A stretch of 64,000 nt of DNA from Octopus sinensis (taxonomy: Eukaryota). The stretch's first letter is position 1, and the number at the start of each line of letters is the position of its first letter. Below, in pieces: positions 37,163 to 50,440 of this stretch. The notes under the pieces were generated by a model. It was not told where the DNA came from. It saw nothing but the letters and a program-made list of their open reading frames with translations, and searched no databases. The position numbers were made by a program, and so were the translations under genes. Location of the stretch: positions 26,784,001 to 26,848,000 of the forward strand of contig NC_043003.1 in assembly GCF_006345805.1 (NCBI RefSeq), in the 5' to 3' direction.

Positions 37163-37314
37163 CTTTATTTAAAGCAGCAGAAAATTCAACAAAATCTGTT
37201 ACTCTGAGTTTCTCGTTGCCGTTCATCAGACAGTTTTTGCAAAAACTGTCTGATGACGGCAACGAGAACTCAGAGTAACAGATTTTGTTGAATTTTCTGC
37301 TGCTTTAAATAAAG
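37163..37314. ncRNA. Palindrome containing two divergent minimal hammerhead-like motifs
   Basis: Minus 37196-37233: CUGU-CUGAUGA-A-CG-GCAA-CG-A-GAAA-CUCAGAG-UA^ACAG; plus copy 37246-37281 lacks two A residues. Confidence 0.65.
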
Positions 37315-37384
37315 CATATTACTCTACACACTGGTATTTGAGTACTCTTTTTTCCACCTTGTTTCACATTTATGTGTTTACTCC

Positions 37385-37453
<69 letters not shown>

Positions 37454-37481
37454 CATACATATATTATAGATATATAAATAA

Positions 37482-37563
<82 letters not shown>

Positions 37564-37921
37564 GATGGTTATTGGAAAGGACAAGAAATGCTTGTAATTT
37601 CGTATTACCGTTGCGCTGCATTTTCACATTATTATACATCTGCTTGTTGTGGCAGTGATGCTAGTGGTCATAGTAGTGATAGCGGCGTCGGTGGCGGCAG
37701 CGGTGGTAGCGCTGTGGTGATGTTAGTGATGGTGTTGTTGATAATGGGAATATTGGTGATTGGTGCGTGCTCATATCTAGAATACCTTGACTGGCCAAGG
37801 GTTAAACAATAAAGGCAACAACAACAACAACAACAACAACAACAGCAGCAGCAGCAACAGCTAATACCTCGACCTACAAGAAATAGCATTCAAATCTCTT
37901 TGATATTATTAGACTCAGCCT

Positions 37922-38165
37922 AAGGCGGCGAGCTGACAGAAACGTTAGCACGCCGGCCGAAATGCGTGGCCATTACGTTCTGGGTTCAAATTCCGCTGAG
38001 GTCGACTTTGCCTTTCATCCTTTCGGGTTCGATTAAATAAGTACCAGTTACGCACTTGGGTCGATATAATCCACTTAATCCGTTTGTCTGTTCTTGTTCG
38101 TCCCCTCTGTGTTTAGCCCCTTGTGGGTAGTAAAGAAATAGGTATTTCGTCTGCCGCTACGTTTT
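37922..38165 (+). mobile_element. tRNA-derived SINE type E
   Basis: AAGGCGGCGAGCTG.CAGAA..GTTAGCAC head; central GTCGACTTTGCCTTTCATCCTTTCGGG domain; matches 46040. Confidence 0.8.
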
Positions 38166-38254
38166 GAGGGCCCTGTGCCACCAGTAGAAAGGATTATTAT
38201 GCTCAACCGTCTAAAAAGAGAACTCTGGATAGTATAGTCATAGATACGCTGTGT

Positions 38255-38587
38255 GAAGGCACGTGGCCCAGTGGTTAGAGCGTCGAACTTACGATCGTGA
38301 GGTTGTGAGTTCGAATCCCGGACCGGGCTGCGTGTTGTGTTCTTGAGCAAGACACTTTATTTCACGTTACTCCAGTTCACTCAGATGTAGAAATGAGTTG
38401 CGACGTCACAGGTGCCAAGCTTTATCGGCCTTTGCCGTTTCCTTGGATAACACTGGTGGCGTGCAGAGGGGAGGCCGGTATGCATGGGCGACTGTTGGTC
38501 TTCCATAAACAACCTTGCCCGGACTTGTGCCTGGGAGGGTAACTTTCTGGGTGCCATCCCACGGTCAGTCATGACAGAAGGTGTCTC
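38255..38587 (+). mobile_element. CORE-type SINE with tail Z
   Basis: Matches 47044-47368. Confidence 0.85.
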
Positions 38588-39593
38588 AATAGATACACTG
38601 TGTTTGAGAAAAAAAAACTCAAAAGACAATTATAAAGTCTTTCATCAAAGTGTATCCTGGTCTAATGAACAACAACAAAAACAACAGCATCATATTCTCG
38701 CACTTTTCTTCCAGCTTTTCTGTCAATTTCCACATTGCTATATATTTCGTCGGTTTCTTATTTCAGTCTTTAGATCGCAGCGATACTGGGGCAATTTCTT
38801 AAAGGATTTTAGTCGAACGAATCAACTTATTCAACTTATTTTACCGTTCTCCTTTAAGCCGAACCGCTAGTTCTTAAAAAAAAACTTAAACGAACCAACA
38901 CCGGGTGTCAAATGGAAAACAAGCGCAACGATACACACACACATACACATATACGACAGACTTCTTTTATTTTCCGTTTACCAAATGCACCGAGAAGCTT
39001 TTGATCGGCCTGGTGCACTGGTATTCATTTGCCTCCAGGATTGGGTCAACGTAAAATTATCTTAATAATAAATAAATATATAACTTAGACCAGGAATTGA
39101 AACCACGACCTTAAGATGGTCGTGGTTTAAAATCTTTAATTACTAAACCACACAATGAAGTGTTTTATTCAAACGGAAGAAAAATGACATTGAGTGCCAA
39201 GACTAGGAAGTGAACCTAGGACGTTACGATCATAGCATCTTGAGCTCAACCACTGATTCAAGACCGTTGCTATATTGAATATGCTATTTAAACCGAATTG
39301 AAAAAGCTTCAACGTTTGAAATATTAATGATACGTCTTTCTCGTCAAATATGACCTTGGATCAGATAAAAACAACAAAAATTAAAGCCCAAAAATCGGTT
39401 ACCTAAATATCTCATATATACGTGTATTAAGCAATATTCACGCAATTCAAGTTATTACGTATAATTTATCTCATCATATAATGCATATTAAAAAAATGCA
39501 CAGAATTTAATGTTTTTATTTGTCTAATACACATCCTGTTTTAGTAGCCCAAATTACGCTACTGGTACATTATATACACATACATATATACAT

Positions 39594-39624
<31 letters not shown>

Positions 39625-39641
39625 CATTATATATATATATA

Positions 39642-39691
<50 letters not shown>

Positions 39692-39980
39692 GTGTGTGGT
39701 AAGACTTCAACAAGTAGAAAAGTACTCGATCAGCTAAGAGTAAAAGTAATGTTAAATTGTTCAGTATGTTCTCTTGAAAAACTATCTCTTAAAGAACTTG
39801 AGAACCTCCAGTATATACGTAAATTTCAGTAACGAGATTTTTTTTCAGTATATCCGCATTTCAAGAAATACATCTTATTGGAATTTCAAAGTAGACCACC
39901 AGACACTCAGTAACTCATTCACATCATGTTTACGCCAGCTTGACATCGAATTAGTACAACGTTGATTATCTCCCATGTGT

Positions 39981-40367
39981 GGAGGCGCAATGGCCCAGTG
40001 GTTAGGGCAGCGGACTCGCGGTCATAGGATCGCGGTTTCGATTCCCAGACCGGGCGTTGTGAGTGTTTATTGAGCGAAAACACCTAAAAGCTCCACTAGC
40101 TCCGGCAGGGGATGGTGGTGATCCCTGCTGTACTCTTTCACCACAACTTTCTCTCACTCTTACTTCCTGTTTCTGTTGTACCTGTATTTCAAAGGGCCGG
40201 CCTTGTCACTCTCTATGTCACGCTGAATATCCCCGAGAACTACGTTAAGGGTGCACGTGTCTGTGGAATGCTCAGCCACTTACACGTTAATTTCACGAGC
40301 AGGCTGTTCCGTTGATTCGGATCAACCGGAACCCTCATCGTCGTAACCGACGGAGTGCTTCCATTCC
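39981..40367 (+). mobile_element. SINE head A, tail X; young insertion
   Basis: 13-bp TSD ATCTCCCATGTGT at 39968-39980 and 40368-40380. Confidence 0.92.
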
Positions 40368-40567
40368 ATCTCCCATGTGTTTTTCGTCTTGTCTTCTTCC
40401 TTACCAGCGTGTCTTGTTTAAACGTCATCTGCTCGAACGACAACTGACAAACGGTCTTGTTCTAAGCTTGAAAAATGGCGAAATAAATTATTATTTCGTC
40501 CAAGAAACCCTGGGTAACTGTACTTAGCAAAACTTGTGGTTTTTATAATAAAATTGAATATACACAC

Positions 40568-40606
<39 letters not shown>

Positions 40607-40699
40607 AAGTGAAGTTGTAAGGTACCGCAGGAGTGGAAATATATATGAAAGAAAGTTTGAAAATGCAATTTTTAAGATGTACATCTCTAAAATTGTATT

Positions 40700-41230
40700 T
40701 TCAAACCTTCTTGCGAAATATCGCTAAGCATTTTGCCCGTCCTGCTCACCGCCTTCACGCCGCTTTTACACTGCCTTCAATAATGATAATGATCTTTCAA
40801 CTATAGGCACAAGGTCTGAAATTTTGGTGGAATGGGTTAGTAGATTACATGTTTCATTGACCTCACAAGGATGGAAGGCAAAGTCGACTTCGACGGAATT
40901 TGAACTCCGAACGTAAATACGAACAAAATGTCACAAAGCATTTTGTCCCGTGTGCTAACGAGTCTGCCAACTCGCCGCCTGTATTTTGTTTTGAAATTTT
41001 GGCTCAAGGTTAGTAGTGAGGGAATTAAGGCCAGTAGAAGGCCAGTAGTCAAGGCCCGTAGAAGTGGGGGGTTAATCGATTTCATCGACCCCAGTATTTA
41101 ACTGGTACTTTTTATTTTATCGACACTGGAGGGATCAAATGCAAAGTTGGTCTCGGAGGGATTTGAAATCAGAATGTAAAAATAAGAAAAACAGGGCGGA
41201 ACAAATACCACCAGACATTTTCTCCCGACA
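40700..41230. mobile_element. Cluster of degenerate SINE type E fragments, mostly minus
   Basis: Repeated GATGGAAGGCAAAGTCGAC and ATCGACCCCAGT..ACTGGTACT motifs. Confidence 0.6.
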
Positions 41231-41359
41231 CTCTGGCAACGATAAATTGTTTCATAAATTTGGCACTTGAAGAACAATAAGCAGTTGCAACAGCACGAAT
41301 GACGATGAAGAAACAAAAAAAAAAAAAAAAAAAAAAAGCAACGGAAAACAGACACTTAC

Positions 41360-41552
41360 ACCAACTCACCCACCACCATCACAACCACCACTAACAACAA
41401 CAACAATAACAACAATAACTGCAGGAATAATTATAATGGTTTCTTGTGTTGCCACGTGAACGGAAAGCAAAGTTACTACAGACGATTACATCAAGTACAT
41501 GGACAGAAGCAACAGCAGTAACAACGACTGAACCACCACCACCACCACCACC

Positions 41553-41584
<32 letters not shown>

Positions 41585-41975
41585 TAAAGAACGACAGCAC
41601 CAGCATTACCATCACCACTATTACAAACAGCAATAGCAGCAAAAGTTCCACCACCACCACCACCATCACCATCAACACCACCACCACCACCACCACCACC
41701 ACCACCACCACAACAACAACAACAACAACAACAACAACTAAAGAACGACAGCACCAGCATTATCATCACCACTATTACAAACAGCAATAGCAGCAGAAGC
41801 TCCACTACTACCACCACCACCACCATCAACACCACCAACTACTACAACAGCAACAACGACGGCCCCGCTACCACTGACACAAACATCGACAACTTGAGCA
41901 TCAACAACAGCAATAACAACAACGATTAAATAGTAACAGCAACAGCAACAACAACAACAACTACCAAAACAACAG
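41360..41975. repeat. Trinucleotide mosaic with internal tandem duplication
   Basis: AAAGAACGACAGCACCAGCATTA.CATCACCACTATTACAAACAGCAATAGCAGC at ~41585 and ~41739. Confidence 0.85.
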
Positions 41976-42289
41976 CTATTAGCTTTCATCTAATTTGCAG
42001 AGCCGTCGGTTGGTCTGGAGAGGAAATGAAGCGGGTGTTACTATGTCAGCACCAAATAGCCATGTCACCTTTACACATACATACACACATACACACACAC
42101 ATAAATATACATACATACACGCATACACACATTTAGATACACGCACACACAAGCACACAGATATACACAAACGCACACATTTCATGTTATATACTCAATA
42201 ACATTGCGACATCCCCTTCTGAGCCGTTGACATAATCAACGAATACATGCAACCACACATATACACATATACACATTCATACATATACA

Positions 42290-42439
42290 TGTGTATTGTA
42301 TTATGTTTAATATATATATAACAATACATAAGAGATATACTTATATATATGAATACACATATATAATATTATATATGTATGTATATTTTTAATATATATA
42401 AATGTATATATATATATAATTATATTATATATATTATAT

Positions 42440-42475
<36 letters not shown>

Positions 42476-42862
42476 CACACACACACATACATGTTATAAA
42501 TACATATCTATATATATTATACTATATATATACATATATTATACACATATATATACACATATATGTACATAATATAGATAGTACATAGATATGTATATAT
42601 AGAATATGTATATATGTATATATATATATACACCCACACAGATATATATATACATACATATATATATTCATATATATATATATTTATCCTTATATACATA
42701 TATGTCCATATATATATATACACATACATGTATATAAATACATATCTATATATACATATATATGTACATATATATATATAATATATAAATCCTTAAATCT
42801 TAAAATGTTTATATATACATTATATTTACTATATATATATGTACATATATATATATATGTAC

Positions 42863-42915
<53 letters not shown>

Positions 42916-43200
42916 TATGTATATGTATATATATGTATAAGTATATATATATGTATATGTATATATAGATATATGTATAAGTATATATATATATATGTAT
43001 ATATATCTGTGCGTGTGTATATGTATATATATATATACTTATCTATATATACATATATGAATATATATATATATATATATGTATAAGTATAGATATGTAT
43101 ATATATTTCTGTGTGTGTATATATATATAGAGATGTACATATATATATATATATATATGTTACATATGAAATGTGTGAATATGTATGTATCATATATATG
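42290..43200. repeat. Long degenerate (TA)n array
   Basis: Directly visible. Confidence 0.95.
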
Positions 43201-43975
43201 TATATGCAGGGGTGGGTACGCGTGTTTGTATGTTTGTCACACTAGCAGATATAAACGCGAGCGCGCACACGCGAATACACACACTTGTAAGGCAATTATA
43301 CAGAACTTATTTATAATTACCAAACTTTCGTTTATTCATTCACGTGTGCATGCGAGTGTGTGTGTGTAATTATTATGTGTTAACGTACGTATTCAGACGC
43401 AGACACACACACATACACACGCATATGTGTGTGCGTGTATGTATGGATAAGTGTGTGTGTGTGTGTGTATGTGTGTGTGTGTGTGTGTGTGTCTATCTGT
43501 AATTGCATGGTCGTATGTCGCTTTGTTATATTGTGTTAGAGCCTTAACAGTATATCACAATTACCAATGTTCCATTGAAAGATACTGTCATGCATTTTAC
43601 GTATGTATATATATATATATATATAATATATATATATTATATATATATATATATTATATATATATATATAAATATATGTATATATATATCTATGTATATA
43701 TATATATATATTATATATTATATATATATATATATATATAATATATATTATATATATATATATATATATTGCTTTATTCTTTTATCTTTTTACATTGCTT
43801 TGACTGCGGCCATACTGGAGCACCGCCTTTTAGTCGGAGGTATCCTCCCCAGGACTTATTTTTCTAAGCTTGGTACTGCTAAGTTACGGGGACGTAAACA
43901 CACCAATATCGGTTGTCAAGTGATGGAGAGGGAGACAAATATAAACACTAAGACGCGCGCACGCACACGCACACA

Positions 43976-44029
<54 letters not shown>

Positions 44030-44031
44030 TG

Positions 44032-44350
44032 AGGGCGCGTGGCTTAGTGGTTAGGGCATTCGGCTCATGATCGTAAGGTTGTGAGTTCGATTCCCGGCGA
44101 CGTGTTGTGTCCTTGTGCAAGACACTTTATTTCACGTTGCTCCAGTCCACTCAGCTGGCAAAAATGAGTTGTACTTGTATTTCAAAGGGTCAGCCTTGTC
44201 ACTCTCTGTGTCACGCTGATTATCCCCGAGAACTACGTTAAGGGTACACGTGTCTGTGGAATGCTCAGCCATTTGCACGTTAATTTCACGAGCAAGCTGT
44301 TCCGTTGAGCGTATCAGCTGGGACCCTCGTCGTCGTAACCGGCGGAGTCT
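44032..44350 (+). mobile_element. CORE-type SINE head B, tail X
   Basis: Full-length; A/B boxes, CORE-like segment, tail shared with head A SINEs. Confidence 0.88.
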
Positions 44351-44679
44351 TTTAAATATATATATATATACGTACAGGGTGTGTATTTATATTGTATGTC
44401 GTTAGGTTCTTAGACGATCTAAGGTCTATTTTTTCAGTATATTGGCACAGAAATTTTTTTTTCTTTTGCCCTTATTTATAATTGTTTATAATTTTCACCT
44501 TCAAAGATATTTCAATATGCTGGCCACTGATAAAATTTTATTTTTCTAAAAACAAATGTATCCTTATATTTGCCTTGGCGAGCTCACAGCAATATCATAT
44601 CTTCTCCATTACGATTCCCTAAAACTTGAGAACTACACAACCAATTTCATTCAAATTTTACACATACCTTACTCAGGGT

Positions 44680-44960
44680 CCAACAAAACTCCTTGTAATC
44701 CCAAAGATGAACTGAAGGCAAGGATTATGGCAGCATTCACCAACTTAAATAAGGGGACCGTCCAGAAGAGCTGCAGGAGATTCTAAAGTTGTCTGGAAGC
44801 CATGGTTGAAACCAATGGCGATTTTATTGAATAAATTTACTCTATAGTATTTCAAGATATCTTTATGTAATTTTGGTAAATATCTCTGTGAAAATGAGAT
44901 ATCAGTGCTATTTTCATTTTTGCGTAATTTACCCGACAGTTCATTCACCGCACCCTCTAT
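44680..44960 (+). mobile_element. maT/Tc1-type transposase 3' end and TIR
   Basis: NKTPCNPKDELKARIMAAFTNLNKGTVQKSCRRF*SCLEAMVETNGDFIE*; ends TTCACCGCACCCTCTA. Confidence 0.75.
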
Positions 44961-45822
44961 ATAGACATGCATACAAATATATGCTTATATATGCATGCAT
45001 ATACTTACATATATATACATACACATGGATATAAGCCTGTATACATATATATACGTACATAGATATACCTACAGTCACATATATTCATCAAATACCTTGA
45101 GAATGTATTTTCGTACAGAAACTTAATTCTCAACACCTTACAATCTTTACTACACAGACATGCTGTTCCCTCCTTCTGCCCACTCAACTGTTACTATCAC
45201 GTCCTCTGTTCCTCTGGACTAAATACATATATACTACATATACCTTACTACCCGACACATCTGCGGCATTTGTTGTTCTTCTCAGCGTCTACTCATACTT
45301 CCACGATCTACACAAACTAATGAACCAAATCCTTTTTGCCTTGCAGATCAAACGAAACCGCCCGGAAGTCCCTTTTTGGCCCTTGTTTCTTCTAATAGGC
45401 ACCGCCCTACATTTGCTTCAAAGTTGACCGTATCAATGTGACCAGTGTATGTAGGCCTTGCAAAGGTTAAGGACGCTGACCACTTCGTCCTTACTAAGGC
45501 CATGCAAAAACAGCATGGCTCTTAAAGTGGTCATTAAAGGTGCTTTGGTGCAGCTGAATGAGTGACCAGTGTGTGTACATAACACTTGAATGTCACTAAT
45601 CAACAACCACGCGTGTAAACATACACACATACATTTCTATGTGTATATATACATACATATATCTCTTTATATTATGTATACACTCGTACGTATATACACA
45701 CCACTTGAAAGTTATCAATTGACAGATGTTGCGTGAGTTTGCGCACGCGCACATATACATAAAGTTATGTATACATACGTAAAGTTATAGGTATACGCAA
45801 ACAATAAGTGCTAACTATATTC

Positions 45823-45865
<43 letters not shown>

Positions 45866-45898
45866 GTATATGTATATATATATATACACCACACACAC

Positions 45899-45933
<35 letters not shown>

Positions 45934-46039
45934 AATATTATATATTATATATATATACACATACATATACATCTACATACATACATATACATAAACATAA
46001 ATACACACATAGATATACTCACACATTAATATATTATAT

Positions 46040-46415
46040 AAGGCGGCGAGCTGGCAGAATCGTTAGCACGCCGGGCGAAATGCTTAGCAGCATTTCGTCT
46101 GCCGCTACGTTCTGAGTTCAAATTCCGCCGAGGTCAACTTTGCCTTTCATCCTTTCGGGGTCGATTAAATAAGTACCAGTTACGCACTGGGGTCGATATA
46201 ATCGACTTAATCCGTTTGTCTGTCCTTGTTTGTCCCCTCTGTGTTTAATCCCTTGAGGGTAGTAAAGAAACAGGTATTTCATCTGTCTTTACATTGTAAG
46301 TTCAAGGTCCGCATCATCCTTTCGGGATCGATAAATTAAGTACCTGTTGCGTATTGGGGTCGATCTAATCGACTGGCCCTTCCTCAAAAAATTCGGGCCT
46401 TGTGCCTAGAGTAGA
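46040..46415 (+). mobile_element. SINE type E, with duplicated central domain
   Basis: CATCCTTTCGGG.TCGAT.AA.TAAGTACC occurs twice (~46148 and ~46315). Confidence 0.8.
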
Positions 46416-46700
46416 AGAGATTAATATATATTATATATATGGATGCGTACAAATATGTATATACGCACAATCATATATACATGCGTTAATACACACACAC
46501 ACACATGCATACATACATCAAAATAATAAATATATTCATTTCTGTACAAATTTATACACATACAAGGATACACACATATACATAATTATATACATACGTA
46601 CATACATGTGGTGCTGTATTCATTAAAAGAAACGTGTGTCGGGCTACTTACAAGCAGCATAATTACTTTCAAGTGTGTTCATATGTTGACACAGGCCAAG

Positions 46701-46731
<31 letters not shown>

Positions 46732-46824
46732 TACAGGCACAAACACGTACAGACACTTGCACGTGCGTCAACATACAGATTCAGACACGCATATAGACAC
46801 TAACATAAGACAATATATATCAAG

Positions 46825-46858
<34 letters not shown>

Positions 46859-46985
46859 TCTTTATTTCATAGGCCTGTCCACGTAATACTTATACATATG
46901 TGTTTACATGAGTGTGCATGTATACATGCAAATATGTGTGTGTGTGTGTGCAAAACACACACAACACACACACACAGATATATAT

Positions 46986-47037
<52 letters not shown>

Positions 47038-47043
47038 ATATAT

Positions 47044-47365
47044 ATGGCTCAGTGGTTAGAGCGTCGAGCTTACGATCGTGAGGTTGTGAGCTCGAATCCC
47101 GGACCGGGCCTGCGTGTTGTGTTCTTGAGCAAAGCACTTTATTTCACGTTGCTCCAGTTCACTCAGCTGTAGATATGAGTTGCGACGTCACTGGTGCCAA
47201 GCTGTATCGACCTTGCCTTTCCCTTGATAACACTGGTGGCGTGGAGAGGGGAGGCTGGTATGCATGGGCGACTGCTGGTCTTCCATAAACAACCTTGCCC
47301 AGACTTGTGTCTAGGAGGGTAACTTTCTAGGTGCAATCCCATGGTCATTCATGACCGAAGGGGGT

Positions 47366-47368
<3 letters not shown>
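47044..47368 (+). mobile_element. CORE-type SINE with tail Z
   Basis: Matches 38255-38587. Confidence 0.85.
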
Positions 47369-47399
<31 letters not shown>

Positions 47400-47477
47400 G
47401 TTTTCCTGGAGCTAAAAGAACAGTAACATCGTCCTCTACAGGATTTCCACACCCACTCACACGCACACACGCGCCTC

Positions 47478-47526
<49 letters not shown>

Positions 47527-48079
47527 TTCATGTAATACATATAACTCCTTCTAAGTACGTTGAGTGCCCTTTTATCGTTTTGTTACCAACTTTGACCGTC
47601 CGCAAATCCCGAATTCTAGTTTAGTTTGTGGGAGCAACTGTTTTCTCGAAGGCACATGAATTGCTTGAAATGTGGAGTAGATAAACAACATCCGACAACT
47701 GATGAAGGGTCGTTCCTTATGTTACTTGTCCTGTTTTCCATTTGTTTCTCCCGTTGTTCGCATACAAAAGTTTATCCTCATATTTCATACTATTGTCATA
47801 TTCCGTATTTCATGTTGTTTTCGTATTCCATGTTGTTTACGTTTTGTGATGTCCTGTACCCATATATGCATATATATATATATATATATATACATATATG
47901 TATGTACATACATGTACGTATATATGGCTATATATATATTTTATTTATATTATTATATGATTGAACGCCACGCATCCATTTCTATACATACACACACACA
48001 AACACACACAAACCTATATATACAGATATACGCACGCACGCACACGCGCGCACACACACACAAACACACATATTTCATA

Positions 48080-48478
48080 GGGCAGGCGTGGCTGTGTGGT
48101 AAGAAGCTTTCGTCCCGACTAGATGGCTCTGAGTGCAGTCCCACAGCATAGTTTCTACTATACTCTTCTAATATAGGTTCGGGCTGACCAAAGCTTTGTG
48201 AGTGGATTTGGTAGATGGAAATTGAAAAGAAGCCCGTGTGTGTGTGTGTGTGTGTGTGTATTTATGTGTCCGTGTGTTCCCCACCACTATCACCATTTCT
48301 TGATAACCGATGTTGGTGTGCTTACGTGTGCTAACGGTTCGGCAAAAGAGACCGATAGAATAAGTACTAAGCTTACAAAGAATAAGTCCTGCAGCCGATT
48401 TCTTCGACTAAAACCTTTTCAGGCGGTGCTCCAGCATGGTCGCAGTCAAATGACTGAAACAATTAAAAGAATAAAAGA
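48080..48478 (+). mobile_element. SINE type D
   Basis: Head, (TG)n and tail as in other copies. Confidence 0.8.
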
Positions 48479-48498
48479 ATGTATGTATGTATGTATGT

Positions 48499-48872
48499 AT
48501 GGCCCAGTGGTTAGGGCAGCGGACTCGCGGTCATAGGATCGCAGTTTCGATTCCCAGACCGGGCGTTGTGAGTGTTTATTGAGCGAAAACACCTAAAGCT
48601 CCACGAGGCTCCGGCAGGGGATGGTGGTGATCCCTGCTGTACTCTTTCACCACAACTTTCTCTCACTCTTACTTCCTGCTTCTGTTGTACCTGTATTTCA
48701 AAGGGCCGGCCTTGTCACTCTCTATGTCACGCTGAATATCCCCGAGAACTACGTTAAGGCTACACGTGTCTGTGGAGTGCTCGGCCACTTACACGTTAAT
48801 TTCACGAGCAGGCTGTTCCGTTGATTCGGATCAACCGGAACCCTCGTCGTCGTAACCGACGGAGTGCTTCCA
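48499..48872 (+). mobile_element. SINE head A, tail X
   Basis: Near-identical to 14297 and 39981 copies. Confidence 0.9.
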
Positions 48873-48901
48873 TCATGTATGTATGTACGCAAGTATGTAT
48901 G

Positions 48902-48932
<31 letters not shown>

Positions 48933-49979
48933 GAGTATATTCACACACACACACTCACGCATACGTACATAGAAAAAGAAATAGATTGAAGGGGAGAAAA
49001 AAACGTGATAAACCCGAAAAATATCATAGAAAAAACTGTAACAACAACAATTTAAAAGAATAGTTAAATATACCCGTGTCTGTTAAATTATCGCTGATTT
49101 GACCCGATAAGATGTGAAAAAAAATTTGAAAAAAGAAGATAATTGCCGACATGATAAGGTAGAGTCTCATGAGATTTAAAATAACTGTTATTTTTACATC
49201 TTCACGAATTGTTTTGCAATTCTAATGTAGTAAGGTTGACCAGGTGTGATCTCTTTTTGTTATTTATTATTCGTATCTGTATTAATAATTCTGAATAGAT
49301 TTAGTCAGCTATCTGGCTTTGTTGCTATACCTGGCTGTGTGGAGACACAAATAGTAACATAGACCCGCCCGGTCGTGTAGCTTCACCTGTTTAGATTCAC
49401 CAATGGCATTCATACATAACTGACCTGGGTATAAGGGCGTCGACCTGACAGTATTGTTATCACGCTGTACATGCTGGATTCCACCGTCGTCAACTTTGCC
49501 TTTCACCCTTTCGGAGAAGATCAAATAAGTACTAGTTGAGCACTGGGGTCGATGTAATCGACTTACCCCTTCCCCCTAACTTGCTGGCCTTGTGCTAACA
49601 TTTGAAACCATTATTACCCCTGGGTATAAGGTACACCGGGCAAAATGCTTATTGACACTTCGTCCGTCTTTATGCGGTGAGTGCAAATTCCGCCGACGTC
49701 AACTTTGCCTTTCATCCTTTCAGGGTCGATAAAATAAGCATCAATTGTGTACTGGGGTTGATGTAATTGATTTACCCACTTCTCCCGAAATTACTGACTT
49801 GGTGCCAAAATTCAAAGCCAATAACTATCCACTACAGTTTCCGTGTTTTGTGTTACTTGTCTGTATTAATCACAGACTTAAACACTGAGTTGAGGTACTA
49901 TCTTTGATAGTGTGATGCACAATATACAACCCCTCCTCAGACACTGGTCCTCACATTTCACGGTGATTTGTCATGTTGA

Positions 49980-50440
49980 AGGAAAGACCTAAAGCTCTAA
50001 GTTAATAGTAATACCGTGCCAGCTGAAACCTTCACGAGGAGATCCTGTTCTTACTGATCTGGGCAAATCTAGAGGAGGCAGAAATCACAAAAGTAAGCAA
50101 AGTCCCCGATGGCAGAACAAGTTGATGACGACCTATGATCTCAACAGTTGAACAAGCGAAAGGGAACAATACCAGACGGAGTGGCTATAAAGGTACAAGT
50201 CAAGCAATACCTTGGCTGATAGCAGTCAGTTGCAGTTTTGTTATTCGATCCTGCATGTCATATTTTGCACGAGCTACAGCGGATATCTCCGAAACCACTG
50301 TACGTGGATCACTTCTTGGTAGGCTAGGATCGATTCTAATCAAAACCACGGCAACTGCATTTTTCCACTGAAGAAAAATATACTCGGAAACGATGACGAC
50401 GATATCAACCACTGTGGCCAGTGGGACTTTCTGAATCACG
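49980..50440 (+). mobile_element. Possible degenerate RTE-type endonuclease remnant
   Basis: Across frames ILHELQR / ADISETTVRGS / AFFH loosely fits EL.R..DI..+SET; weak. Confidence 0.3.

Noticed and set aside
41985-42035. Minus-strand acceptor CTTCATTTCCTCTCCAG
   Set aside because: All frames stop within 36 nt and no good donor follows.
45340-45450. Plus-strand exon after TTTTTGCCTTGCAG
   Set aside because: No open frame reaches a convincing donor.
50200-50439. Minus-strand coding exon (WKNAVAVVLIRIDPS..)
   Set aside because: Splice signals are plausible but the peptide is unrecognised, and the plus strand loosely fits a LINE endonuclease; unresolved.
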